DNA from: a virus
Lineage: Duplodnaviria; Caudoviricetes
Virus record (IMG/VR): IMGVR_UViG_3300032295_002786
Location: 1-41,967 of that record
Reading direction: 5' to 3' (one strand)
Length of the DNA stretch: 41,967 nucleotides
In this document: piece after piece, positions 7,526-16,980 of the stretch
Layout: every line of letters starts with the position of its first letter
Position numbering within the stretch: position 1 is the first letter of the stretch
The notes under the pieces: generated by a model
The model's database searches: none
Told to the model about the DNA's origin: nothing
Seen by the model: the letters and a program-made list of their open reading frames with translations, nothing else
Made by a program: the position numbers and the translations under genes

Positions 7526-8521
7526 ATGGCAATGACAATCAGTTTCAAAGACGTATATCAGGGAGAAATTTTCCAAAAGACTCAATGCATTGAGCAGGAA
7601 AACAACCTCATGGACCGCATGGCCCAGTACATGCAGCAACAAGGGTACACTGGACATCACCCACTGCACAAAATTTGGACACGTGGTTCACGCCAAATTA
7701 TTCAGTGCTTGGTAGATGATTTTTTCACCTGCGGTGATACCACTCTACCTGTCGCCAAAATGTTTGATCACAACACCACGGTGGTCACAGACAACTGGCT
7801 CACAGTTGATGTGCCCTATCCGGTTCTGCGCCTGCCCAACAGTTTTTTTGGCATCTATGCCTATGAGCCCGATAAGCACGATTGGCAGCCCACACAGCGA
7901 TTTGGATTTTGTGTGAATCGCATTGACCCTTTGCGCATCAGTGTACTGTGCGAAATGATTGATCCGGATCAGGATCTTGTAAACTTCAACTGTCTTGACC
8001 ATACACATCGTGCAGAATTACCCAATCAGCTGCGTGACACTTTTGATAGATACCAAGATCATGTCAATCATGATCGTTTTGATTACTGGGCCAACCTAAT
8101 GCCAGTGCGCAATCATGAACTCACGGTAGAACAGGTACATGTACAAGCCAGACTCAATGTGGTCATGGAAACCTATGCCGGCCGTGATGTTGTGGCCTTG
8201 AGCGAAAAAACCTGGCGAGCCTTGCAAACTCCAGCGCCGTTTGTGGTCTATGCTGGACGAGGATCTGTGAAGTTTTTGCGTGACCTAGGGTTTGATCTAC
8301 AGGACGATGAGATTGATCACAGTTATGATACTGTGGTTGACTACCATGACAAGATCAAACAGTTTGCCAAATGTGCGCAACAAACCGTGAGTCGCGCACC
8401 TAACCCAAAGAGAGCTCAACAGGCTGCTATTCACAATCAACAACTGTTGGTCACAATGCGTCAACAGTGGCCCAGGGACCTTGAACAATGGTGGTCCCAA
8501 TACCAGGCAGCGACTGCATAA
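7526..8521 (+). CDS. Putative glycosyltransferase (GT-B, GT10-like C-terminal motif)
   Basis: VVMET..LSEKTWRAL..PFV..LRDLGFD..IDHSYD; motif shared with 11246..12364 and 24314..25336. Confidence 0.55.
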   Translation: MAMTISFKDVYQGEIFQKTQCIEQENNLMDRMAQYMQQQGYTGHHPLHKIWTRGSRQIIQCLVDDFFTCGDTTLPVAKMFDHNTTVVTDNWLTVDVPYPVLRLPNSFFGIYAYEPDKHDWQPTQRFGFCVNRIDPLRISVLCEMIDPDQDLVNFNCLDHTHRAELPNQLRDTFDRYQDHVNHDRFDYWANLMPVRNHELTVEQVHVQARLNVVMETYAGRDVVALSEKTWRALQTPAPFVVYAGRGSVKFLRDLGFDLQDDEIDHSYDTVVDYHDKIKQFAKCAQQTVSRAPNPKRAQQAAIHNQQLLVTMRQQWPRDLEQWWSQYQAATA

Positions 8522-10008
8522 TGTGCGGAATCCTATTGGTTCGTAGTCAACATCAAATTCCTTTGGCCAAACATCTTGCGGCACTGGAAACCATAGAATC
8601 ACGCGGACCTGATTTCTCCTTCTACCACTACACTGATCACACATTTATTGCTCAGACAGTTTTGCATATCACTGGCAGTGACAGTTTCTATCACACCCAT
8701 CGCAGCGACTTCTTTGCCTTCAACGGCGAAATCTACAACTATCGCCAATTTGGTCCTGCTGCCAGCGATATTGATGTGGCTTATAGAGCTGCTCGTGATG
8801 ATGTGAACCGGTTCAAAGATTTCACAGGACCCTGGGCCTGGGCGTTGTACAACAATGGGTCATTCACCTATGCCACTGATCCACAGGGCGAACGTGTGTT
8901 GTATCAGTACCAGGATCAAGACATATTGATTGTAGCCAGTGAAGTCACTGCCATTCTTGCCTACATCCAGACACAGACAGAATCAGTGCCCTATGTCAAC
9001 AAATGCTGGACCATGCTGCAACAAACACCCTGGCGCGGCATTGAGAGAATAACACCAGGTCAGCTTTATCGTGACGGTACTGCCCAGATCATGATAGATT
9101 CAGTATGGTCTTGGATTCGGCCTACAACCATGTCCATGGCTGAAGCACAGGAGGAATTTGATTTGACATGGCGTCAAGTGATTGATGAAATTCAGCCACA
9201 CTGTGCTGCTTCGCTCAGTTACAGTGCTGGGATTGACAGTACCATGATCATGGATGCATTGCCTGCGCTTGATCTCATAGCAGTGAACATAACCAACAAA
9301 GATCCAGTGATAACTCGTGCCAGGGATTATTTGTCATCCAGTCAGCTCACAAGTCTTGTCATGATTGACATTGATCCTGAACACTGGGCCAGTCTGTATC
9401 AAGAACTCATATGCAGCACTCGCATGCCAGCACAGTCATGGAGTTTTGTGGGTAAATGGGCAGTGGCCAAGGCCTGTTCAACTAGAGTTCTGTTCACTGG
9501 CTTGGCTGCTGACGAACTGTTTGGTGGTTATGATGTCTATCATGACCTTGTGTATGATCAGCATGGCAGTCACAGTCCTTACAGCAGTCACGACCACGAT
9601 CAACTATGGTCACAGTGTTTGGACAGTTACGACGGCGATGCTTGTCAGGCCACACTGCTCATGGATTATTGGTATCAGGTTGTTGGCATGGATGCTCCTG
9701 GTCAAGACCGCATTGCTGGTGCCTGGGGCATAGAAGTACGTAATCCTTTCATGAACCAACGTGTCATGAAGTTTGCTCTCAATCTGCCGTGGCACCTCAA
9801 GGTCGGAGTAGAAACCAAGCCCTTGCTCAAACATCAATGGCGTCGCAATCGACCCAACTTAGAAATTTTGCCCAAAATGGGTTTTGCAGGCCATGCCAAT
9901 GACAGTGCGGCCTGGTTACCGGTGCACATTGCCCCCACCGGAAATCGTCATCAAGATTGGATACAAATTGCACAACAGACTTTTTACCATTACTGTAAAA
10001 CAATCTGA
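8521..10008 (+). CDS. asnB: Asparagine synthetase B-like glutamine amidotransferase
   Basis: N-terminal MCGI (Ntn Cys), RGPD, FNGEIYNY, SAGIDS PP-loop, TGLAADELFGGY, EVRNPF. Confidence 0.88.
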   Translation: MCGILLVRSQHQIPLAKHLAALETIESRGPDFSFYHYTDHTFIAQTVLHITGSDSFYHTHRSDFFAFNGEIYNYRQFGPAASDIDVAYRAARDDVNRFKDFTGPWAWALYNNGSFTYATDPQGERVLYQYQDQDILIVASEVTAILAYIQTQTESVPYVNKCWTMLQQTPWRGIERITPGQLYRDGTAQIMIDSVWSWIRPTTMSMAEAQEEFDLTWRQVIDEIQPHCAASLSYSAGIDSTMIMDALPALDLIAVNITNKDPVITRARDYLSSSQLTSLVMIDIDPEHWASLYQELICSTRMPAQSWSFVGKWAVAKACSTRVLFTGLAADELFGGYDVYHDLVYDQHGSHSPYSSHDHDQLWSQCLDSYDGDACQATLLMDYWYQVVGMDAPGQDRIAGAWGIEVRNPFMNQRVMKFALNLPWHLKVGVETKPLLKHQWRRNRPNLEILPKMGFAGHANDSAAWLPVHIAPTGNRHQDWIQIAQQTFYHYCKTI

Positions 10009-10522
10009 TCCCTGGTGTCATTGGATTGTGGACAATTTTCTCACACCTGAATGTTTGTTCGAGGTCAAGTCTGTACGTCACACTGTGACGCAAGAAAATC
10101 CCGGACGTAGAGTGGGCAGCGGTCGCCTGTTCATTGATGATTCACATTGCGACACACATCCGCACCTTCACAGCCTTTGGCAAAGTCTTCATCAAGGTTT
10201 TTACCGACAATATTTTGAACATCACACCGGAATTGATTATACCGGATTGTTTCCGCGAGTGGAAGTAGTAAGTGACATTGGGGACTTCTATCTTAAACCA
10301 CATCCTGATCAGCCCGAAAAACGGCTCACTGCATTGGTGTATACTGATCATGAGCAACTCTATCCAGGCACGGCCTTGTCAGGTGGATCTAGGGTTGAAG
10401 CCAAAGACAATCGCTGTTTTTTCTTTGTGCCATCTCCAATAACCATACACAGTTATCCTGCCACAAGATTTGATCAAGTGCGTAGATGTCTGCAAATCAA
10501 TTATTGGACCTACTCGCTGTAA
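9968..10522 (+). CDS. 2OG-Fe(II) oxygenase-like protein (start uncertain; TTG at 9968 assumed)
   Basis: LKPHPD (HxD), distal IHSY, RRCLQINY. Confidence 0.75.
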   Translation: MHNRLFTITVKQSDPWCHWIVDNFLTPECLFEVKSVRHTVTQENPGRRVGSGRLFIDDSHCDTHPHLHSLWQSLHQGFYRQYFEHHTGIDYTGLFPRVEVVSDIGDFYLKPHPDQPEKRLTALVYTDHEQLYPGTALSGGSRVEAKDNRCFFFVPSPITIHSYPATRFDQVRRCLQINYWTYSL

Positions 10523-11220
10523 CTCTGCCAGTCTATGACTGTGTTGAACCAATCTGTGGTAGCACGAGTATCAGGGTGCTGCTTTAAGTAATTTCGCAGC
10601 AGTTTCAAGGCCTCATCATCGCTTGGTGTCATCGCTGCGGTCCTGTTGGTTTGATGTTCGTACCAATAAAGTCCATACGGCGCAGCTTTATCGGCTATGC
10701 GGAACATGAATTGGTCAAACTCACTGGCAGCACACAGTGTTGCAAATTGAGCCAAGGTTGTCACAGGCTCAAGGTCACTGTAAAGATGTGCTCGTAATTG
10801 ATGAGTGCTAATGAATGCCTGTACATGAGTTATTTCTGGAACCATTTCAAGACATTTCAACCTGCTGTCGCCGGTACCGGCCAAATATGTGCCATCGCCT
10901 TCGTCCAAAATCAACCAAGGTTTTATATTTCCATACCTGCGCAGATTGTCTGTCCAGATATTGAATTTTACCATGTTGGTAAAAGCATAGTGGTTGCCGG
11001 GCAATGTGTCATTGTCTTGGTCAACAGCAGACACACCCCATGCTGCCAGCATACTATTGAGTTGATTACAAAAATCTGTGAGATTGTATTGAGATTTTAC
11101 AGATTTAAAGTCATAACGGGGATTCCAAAACAAACAGTGTTGTCCTGCCTGGCGCAAATCGGCGAGAGGATCTATGTGTGTGGGCCAGGTGAGTTGAATT
11201 AACGGATGATTCCAATACAT
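10510..11220 (-). CDS. Hypothetical protein with ParB/Srx-like motif
   Basis: IKPWLIL..GTYLAGTGDSRLKC parallels 5369..6022. Confidence 0.5.
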   Translation of the reverse strand: MYWNHPLIQLTWPTHIDPLADLRQAGQHCLFWNPRYDFKSVKSQYNLTDFCNQLNSMLAAWGVSAVDQDNDTLPGNHYAFTNMVKFNIWTDNLRRYGNIKPWLILDEGDGTYLAGTGDSRLKCLEMVPEITHVQAFISTHQLRAHLYSDLEPVTTLAQFATLCAASEFDQFMFRIADKAAPYGLYWYEHQTNRTAAMTPSDDEALKLLRNYLKQHPDTRATTDWFNTVIDWQSYSE

Positions 11221-11245
11221 AAATAACGGCGTATAGAATATTTAT

Positions 11246-12364
11246 ATGATTGAAATTTTTGGACCTACATATCGCTACGGTGGCGAAATACTGACCAAAC
11301 CAGAAATCATCTATGTAAGCGATCATCATTATGACGAAGATCAGCAGTGTTTTCATGTCAAGACTCTACTGGAAAACAGCACATGTGATCCTCGTAAGCA
11401 CCTGGTTGTGTTTGATCACATGAATCACGAAGACCAGCTCAGTGAATACAATACCTTGTATTTGCCTATTCTGTTGTCGGCTGAATGCAAAGAATTTACT
11501 GCACAAGGTATTGTACCAGACTGGTCGCGCAAAAAATTCAATTTCAATTTCATGATCAATAAGCCTAGACGCAACAGAGAGTTCTTGTTGCTGTTGATCG
11601 AGCATTTTGAATTAAAAAATTACTGTTATACTCTGTGCTGGCAAGATGTTGAATTCAGCCGCAATGTTGGCAATCTGCTGCGACACACCAACAATCCACA
11701 CTATAGAAAAATAATTCTAGAAACCAAAATAAACATACCAAGTCACTATTTTTCTATGGGCCACGAACGTCTGTTGAGCCAGGGTCTACAATACGGATCA
11801 ACCAAGAATGTTGAAAACTATATTGGTCTATTGAAACAAAATATCTTTGAACCCAGTTGTGTAAGTCTTATAACCGAGCCCAGTTTTTTTGAGCGAGAAA
11901 CACTGAAGACCGAAAAAACCATCATGGCCATGTACGGAGGTACTTTACCAATCTGGGTGGGCGGTTGGGGTATTCCACAATCACTGCGAGATCTAGGATT
12001 TGATGTGTTTGACGATATCATTGACCACAGTTACGAACGCATGAGTGATCCCTATGACCGAGCATATTACGCTGTGGAAAAAAATCTAGATCTATTACGA
12101 GATTTTGATCGTGCCAAAAATTTTATAAGTCAAAATCATGAAAGATTCAAACACAACCTTGGCCTAGTAGAACAAAATGTGTTTTTCAAACACATGATTG
12201 CCAAAATCAAACAGTTTGATGCCCGGGAACAACGTTACCTTTCTATGATTGCCGAGGGATTCAGATTCAGATGTCTAGCTGATTATCATTTGCTTGGTGA
12301 ACTGATTGGTGACAAACGCAATGAAAATCATGATCCTGATGAAACCAGGCAACGTTGGAGTTAA
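11246..12364 (+). CDS. Putative glycosyltransferase (GT-B, GT10-like)
   Basis: FNFMINKPRRNR, LITEP..KTEKTIMA..PIW..LRDLGFDVFDDIIDHSY. Confidence 0.55.
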   Translation: MIEIFGPTYRYGGEILTKPEIIYVSDHHYDEDQQCFHVKTLLENSTCDPRKHLVVFDHMNHEDQLSEYNTLYLPILLSAECKEFTAQGIVPDWSRKKFNFNFMINKPRRNREFLLLLIEHFELKNYCYTLCWQDVEFSRNVGNLLRHTNNPHYRKIILETKINIPSHYFSMGHERLLSQGLQYGSTKNVENYIGLLKQNIFEPSCVSLITEPSFFERETLKTEKTIMAMYGGTLPIWVGGWGIPQSLRDLGFDVFDDIIDHSYERMSDPYDRAYYAVEKNLDLLRDFDRAKNFISQNHERFKHNLGLVEQNVFFKHMIAKIKQFDAREQRYLSMIAEGFRFRCLADYHLLGELIGDKRNENHDPDETRQRWS

Positions 12365-12726
12365 AGTCTCTGCAGATATTCTACAAATCTAGGCCAGTCG
12401 TTGTACAGCCCGCAAATCACTGCCATTTCTTCACCATACAATGTCAGATGCGTTCGTTGATGTCTTGAACGTACATGGTAAGCACAATCCAATTTCTGAT
12501 TCAACAACAACAAACGTCCAGGATAAAACACATCGGGCGCATCAAAACTGTAGCAAGCAAAGCCAGCCTCTTGAAATGATTCATGACCTTGATCGGTCAA
12601 TCTCATTCCGCGGTGACCTCGTCTGACATCACGCCACCAGGTGCTCATGGCTTGTTTCAATGAGGGTCGTGTGTCTTCAGGAAGACGTTGCCAGACCTGT
12701 TGAGTGATTTGGTGTCTAGCCAGCAT
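12361..12726 (-). CDS. Hypothetical phage protein
   Basis: WW..GMRLTDQG pattern; tightly packed in the operon. Confidence 0.65.
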   Translation of the reverse strand: MLARHQITQQVWQRLPEDTRPSLKQAMSTWWRDVRRGHRGMRLTDQGHESFQEAGFACYSFDAPDVFYPGRLLLLNQKLDCAYHVRSRHQRTHLTLYGEEMAVICGLYNDWPRFVEYLQRL

Positions 12727-13015
12727 CAGGGTAAACTTGCGTACCCTGAGTCAACAACACCACTGTGAATTTGTCTGTACGGAACTGTGTGTTGAGTTTG
12801 CGAGCAAGATTACGAGCATGTCCTGGATTGCTAAAGCTGACCTTTTTGTACTTGGGTCCAGGATATTGGGTGAGTAGATTACTGGTCTTGAGATTGATGG
12901 GCTTGTTGTCGTAGAATACTGCCCACACACCTTCGCTGGCCAGTACCTGTTCAGTTTTGTAGGTCTGCTTGTTGGTGTTTTCAATCAGCACTGTGGGCTT
13001 GGGTCTTGACATCAT
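12716..13015 (-). CDS. Hypothetical phage protein
   Basis: MSRPKP..WAVFY..PINL..KYKKVSFSNPGHA; AGGAG RBS and TAAATA upstream. Confidence 0.75.
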   Translation of the reverse strand: MMSRPKPTVLIENTNKQTYKTEQVLASEGVWAVFYDNKPINLKTSNLLTQYPGPKYKKVSFSNPGHARNLARKLNTQFRTDKFTVVLLTQGTQVYPDAG

Positions 13016-13043
13016 TATCTCCTATGATTATTTATCTCATAAT

Positions 13044-13262
13044 CTAGTCAGATTTGAAACTGCCACCGGTGAGTTCTACTGTGACCACAGAGTCGGTCTG
13101 TGCTTGTTCTAGGCGCTGATTGAGAGCTTGCAGTGCCAACAGCAGTTTGGTTATGTCGCCGTGCAGGTCCTTGGCATCGCGCATGCTCATGGAGAAATCA
13201 CGCTGTCCGCGAGCTTCGTGTGCCTTGAGATTGTCTATGAATCTATTGATGTGCAGGCTCAT
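13044..13262 (-). CDS. Hypothetical phage protein
   Basis: 72-aa ORF in operon spacing. Confidence 0.65.
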   Translation of the reverse strand: MSLHINRFIDNLKAHEARGQRDFSMSMRDAKDLHGDITKLLLALQALNQRLEQAQTDSVVTVELTGGSFKSD

Positions 13263-13263
13263 G

Positions 13264-13617
13264 TTATTTCACATAGGGTTTTAGATCAGGCGCCACCCAG
13301 CCCAAGGGCTTCAACACCTTGCCATCTTCGCGTTTGCGAACCTTGCCGGTTTCACGATCTATCTTGGCAAAGTTTGTGTTCATGACTTCGCGCCAGGCTC
13401 CTTCAGCATCAGCACCTATACTGTGAATGGCACCAATTGTTACAACCAAAATGTCAATTAGTGCATCAAGATCATCGGTCTTGGTAGTGCTGGCCACAAG
13501 TTCGTTGAATTCTTCTGCAATGAGATTGCAGTACATTTGATATTGCTGTTCATTGAACTCGCCCACGGTTTGATCGCAGGCTCGCATGAATTTTTCTTGA
13601 TCACGAAATGGATTCAT
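13264..13617 (-). CDS. MazG-like (PRA-PH type) NTP pyrophosphohydrolase
   Basis: Start MNPFRDQ; LIAEEFNEL, DALIDILVV, VMNTNFAK, REDGKVLKP. Confidence 0.85.
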   Translation of the reverse strand: MNPFRDQEKFMRACDQTVGEFNEQQYQMYCNLIAEEFNELVASTTKTDDLDALIDILVVTIGAIHSIGADAEGAWREVMNTNFAKIDRETGKVRKREDGKVLKPLGWVAPDLKPYVK

Positions 13618-14047
13618 CTGCTTCTTTCTTGGTATGATAAGGACCTTGCCAGCTATAGCGTTGCAAGGTAATGAGTTTGGGATTCTGTACAGTTTTCCAC
13701 TTGCGATGTTGTCGCACACAATACCAGCCGGCAGCAAACCAACTCTTGCTTTTGCTTTCTTTGGTAAACAACGGAATACGATGTTTGACATCCCATACCG
13801 GATTAAAGATTCGCCCTGACACTGCGAATCCATACACCTGATTGGTGGCTATGTTTTTACTGCGAGCCAGTTTTTCAAATTGAATATTGGCCGCTCGACC
13901 AGCCATGCGTATGGTTTTGTAACGTGTGACCTGACCTTGAATCTTGACAGTGTATTCTCCGTCCTGGGCTTCAATCTGTCCAATCTTGGCATTGTCCTTT
14001 TTCAAGATCCAATACTGTTTTTCAACTATGGGCTTGGCCACTATCAT
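13601..14047 (-). CDS. Hypothetical phage protein
   Basis: MIVAKP..PLFTK..SWFAAGWY..PKLITL..GPY; overlaps both neighbours. Confidence 0.7.
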   Translation of the reverse strand: MIVAKPIVEKQYWILKKDNAKIGQIEAQDGEYTVKIQGQVTRYKTIRMAGRAANIQFEKLARSKNIATNQVYGFAVSGRIFNPVWDVKHRIPLFTKESKSKSWFAAGWYCVRQHRKWKTVQNPKLITLQRYSWQGPYHTKKEADESIS

Positions 14048-15041
14048 CTAATACTCCATGGTAAGTTTCGTTCAGCCATCGGCCCACTGAATCTGCCGAC
14101 TCGCTGAGTTTGACAAGTTCGTACTTGCCACAAAATTTCAAAAAGTGAGCTCCCACTTGACCCACATCGCGATGACTGATCTGTTCGCGTATGGCTTGAT
14201 CCACAGCGGTCTTGATGGTGTCAGGTTGTGCTGTGAGATCAATCAAGGTGCGATTGCGCTCGTAGTCATCTAGCACACGATGTTCAACACCGTTGTGATC
14301 GGTCCAGCGTTGCAGCATGAGATTGTTCCAAGCATAACCGCGCTTGTCACGATCCTCATAGGCTTCTTGTAGACCCACTTTGTTTTTTGTGCCCTTGGTT
14401 CTCACGCCCGGAAAGGCTGAGAACACGTTGTCACTGGTATCGCCACGCATGCATTTCTCAAACAACAACCAGGCTGGATCAGGGATGGCCTTGGCAGTTT
14501 TGGTTTTCTTGTCAATCACGGCCTGACCCTTGGCATCAAACACGCCCTCCAAGGTAATCAGTTCATCAGTGATACCGTTGTACTGATCAACGTTGTTGGC
14601 CAACAACTGCACAAAGTCTGTGTCACTGCTGACAATGGTGTGATGATCGCCAGGATGCAGCGCAATCCAACGAGCAATGATGTCGTCGGCTTCGGCATTT
14701 TCATGTCTGATCACACTGCAATTGGTTCGGTTGGCAAGGTACTGACACAGTTCGTCGTAGGTTTGCCAAAACAATTGATCCTCTTCGGCTTCGGCTTCGC
14801 TCATGGCTGCTCGTGCCACTGCGCGATTTTTCTTGTAGGGCTCGTAGAAATCTTTGCGCCAGCTGCGTCCTTCCAGTGCGAACACCACATGATCGGCACT
14901 GAATCTACGTACCACTTTGTTGGCAGCCATGAGAGTGACGTGCAGTGCAAACCCCAGTTTTGTCCAGGTGTCAGCGGCACGATGTGCGCTGTGCCGAGCG
15001 CGGAAAAACATATTGGCAGTGTCAATCAAGAGATATCGCAT
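14022..15041 (-). CDS. rnh: T4 RNase H-like 5'-3' exonuclease (FEN/PIN family)
   Basis: LIDTAN, SWRK..YKKNR, EADDII, IVSSDTDF, GDTSDNV. Confidence 0.92.
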   Translation of the reverse strand: MRYLLIDTANMFFRARHSAHRAADTWTKLGFALHVTLMAANKVVRRFSADHVVFALEGRSWRKDFYEPYKKNRAVARAAMSEAEAEEDQLFWQTYDELCQYLANRTNCSVIRHENAEADDIIARWIALHPGDHHTIVSSDTDFVQLLANNVDQYNGITDELITLEGVFDAKGQAVIDKKTKTAKAIPDPAWLLFEKCMRGDTSDNVFSAFPGVRTKGTKNKVGLQEAYEDRDKRGYAWNNLMLQRWTDHNGVEHRVLDDYERNRTLIDLTAQPDTIKTAVDQAIREQISHRDVGQVGAHFLKFCGKYELVKLSESADSVGRWLNETYHGVLDDSGQAHS

Positions 15042-15756
15042 GGCTTCCCAGAATGTTGTGAGTGTCTAGGTATTGTAGCACATATTTGGCCCAAAAGCAA
15101 TGGGCAGAGGCACCAAAATGATAGGTGTTGGGATTGGCAAACTCATGCCCATTTTCGCGAAGAACCGCTGCGTAGCTGTGCTGGACACTGTAGGGCTCGA
15201 TATAACTTACACCCCAATCTTGTTGTTCATTTGGACCCAATTCGCTGAAAGTGCTTTGGCCATTGAAGAATACATGACGTATGCCTAGAGCCTCAAGGTC
15301 TTGATGTAGTGCCCAAATTTGAGCATGAGCTTGACGTGTTTTGGTATACCAATCCACAGAAGCCACAAATTCACGATAGCGATTTTGCAGTTCGGGCGGA
15401 ACCGAATCCACGCCACTGGCATTGACCTGATACCATGTGCCTTGGTGTAGCCATTCTTCCCGTTCCCAGGTGGTCCACTGTATGATCACGACAGTGTCTG
15501 CCAAATTATCACTGTTGTCTGCCAACCACTGCCGCGTGGTTCTCACAATGCGATCATTGCTGGCTGCACTTTCGGCGTCGCAAATAAGTTCTGTCCCAAG
15601 CTGTTGTGCCACATGAGTTGCCCAACTGTGTCTGAAGTTTTTAGGATGTGGTCTACGACCAAGATGCCGATAATCCCAATCATCTTCGGCAAACGCATGT
15701 GGCAACACTGCCTCGGCAGCAGCGGTGTGACTGCAACCATTGATATACAGTTTCAT
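15022..15756 (-). CDS. SGNH/GDSL-like protein
   Basis: LYINGCSHT block I, SNDRI, VIIQWT, C-terminal YHF..AH..WA. Confidence 0.6.
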   Translation of the reverse strand: MKLYINGCSHTAAAEAVLPHAFAEDDWDYRHLGRRPHPKNFRHSWATHVAQQLGTELICDAESAASNDRIVRTTRQWLADNSDNLADTVVIIQWTTWEREEWLHQGTWYQVNASGVDSVPPELQNRYREFVASVDWYTKTRQAHAQIWALHQDLEALGIRHVFFNGQSTFSELGPNEQQDWGVSYIEPYSVQHSYAAVLRENGHEFANPNTYHFGASAHCFWAKYVLQYLDTHNILGSHAISLD

Positions 15757-16229
15757 TTTTGTGTCAGTGCCTTGACAGTTTCAGCCTGCGCCACACGTTT
15801 GCGTAAGCTGCTGCTACTGAACGAATGATCTCTGCCGTTGAACACTATTTGAATACCTCGACTGTAACATTCTGAATCTCCAGTAAAAGGTTTTTCTGCG
15901 TATTCAACACCGAGTATACGCACATCCAATGGAAGTATCAACAACAAGTCAATTAGATCCTGTTCAGTTTGGTACACAACAACTTCATCCACATAGCGAC
16001 ATGCTGTCAACTGAATTTGTCTCTCCACAATGCTTTGTACAGGTTTGTTTTTTGTGTCAGGACGGTCGATAGTGGGATCAGTTTGTAGGCCTGCAATCAA
16101 ATAGTCGCAGTGATTTTTGGCTTCGGCCAACATTGCAACATGCCCAGCATGCAACATGTCAAAGGTACTGAATGTGATTCCTATTTTTAGTCCCTGCGAT
16201 TTTAGTTCTTTGACTCTATTAAAAATCAT
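15753..16229 (-). CDS. Cytidylyltransferase, TagD-like
   Basis: FDMLHAGH (HxGH), GLQTD, ER..L.AC..VDEV, R.HSFSSS. Confidence 0.88.
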   Translation of the reverse strand: MIFNRVKELKSQGLKIGITFSTFDMLHAGHVAMLAEAKNHCDYLIAGLQTDPTIDRPDTKNKPVQSIVERQIQLTACRYVDEVVVYQTEQDLIDLLLILPLDVRILGVEYAEKPFTGDSECYSRGIQIVFNGRDHSFSSSSLRKRVAQAETVKALTQK

Positions 16230-16285
16230 TTTTGTTTTGTCCTTGAATTCCAACGTTTGATACAATCACCAGTTCAAATACATCT

Positions 16286-16693
16286 CTAGCTGACTTCACT
16301 GCGACCATTGCCAACATCACGGGTGCGAACATAGATTCCAGAATTGCGCATGGCTTCTTCTTGTTCGTAGGTCTCTAACACCACGTGTCTGCAAACATTT
16401 TGGAACCAACGATCCACAATTTCGGCATCAGTGTCTTCCGGCTTCATCATGTAACCGGCTCTCACCAGTCTGGCAACAAACACATCGTTCCAGTCTAGTT
16501 CAAATGCGCCCTGATGCAGATTGTCAAGATCAACATCCATGTTCAACACCGCCACATAGGGTTCACCACGTTCGGTGGCCAGTTCTTTTTCGCTTTTTTT
16601 GCGCGGAGCTGTTGTGCGTGGTTCCTTGGGTGTAACTACTGGATTGGGTGCAGATTCAGCAGGTTTAGTTTTCTTTTTTAGCCAATCAAACAT
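16286..16693 (-). CDS. Hypothetical phage protein
   Basis: EPYV..FELDWN..FV..IVDRWF. Confidence 0.7.
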   Translation of the reverse strand: MFDWLKKKTKPAESAPNPVVTPKEPRTTAPRKKSEKELATERGEPYVAVLNMDVDLDNLHQGAFELDWNDVFVARLVRAGYMMKPEDTDAEIVDRWFQNVCRHVVLETYEQEEAMRNSGIYVRTRDVGNGRSEVS

Positions 16694-16716
16694 TTCAAAT
16701 ATCCCATCAATATAGA

Positions 16717-16980
16717 TTAGATCCAGCCGCCGGCTCTAACAATGCCAATTACGCCAACCAAAATCCAAAAAGCATTTAACAATGTATAAGCCTTGTCTTT
16801 CTTTAACATAGCACAATAGGTTAACAAAATTGCGTCAGCAGTGTTGACAATCCAAACCAACATAAAGGGACTAGCTGGTCCTAACCATGATACTAAACTA
16901 AAACAGAAAATACGCATGATAACCCCAGCCATCTCCAGCTGAGGTATGTTGTTTTTGATAAAATTGTGAATGAACTGCAT
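16717..16980 (-). CDS. Small multi-pass membrane protein
   Basis: About three hydrophobic segments; locally AT-rich. Confidence 0.65.
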   Translation of the reverse strand: MQFIHNFIKNNIPQLEMAGVIMRIFCFSLVSWLGPASPFMLVWIVNTADAILLTYCAMLKKDKAYTLLNAFWILVGVIGIVRAGGWI

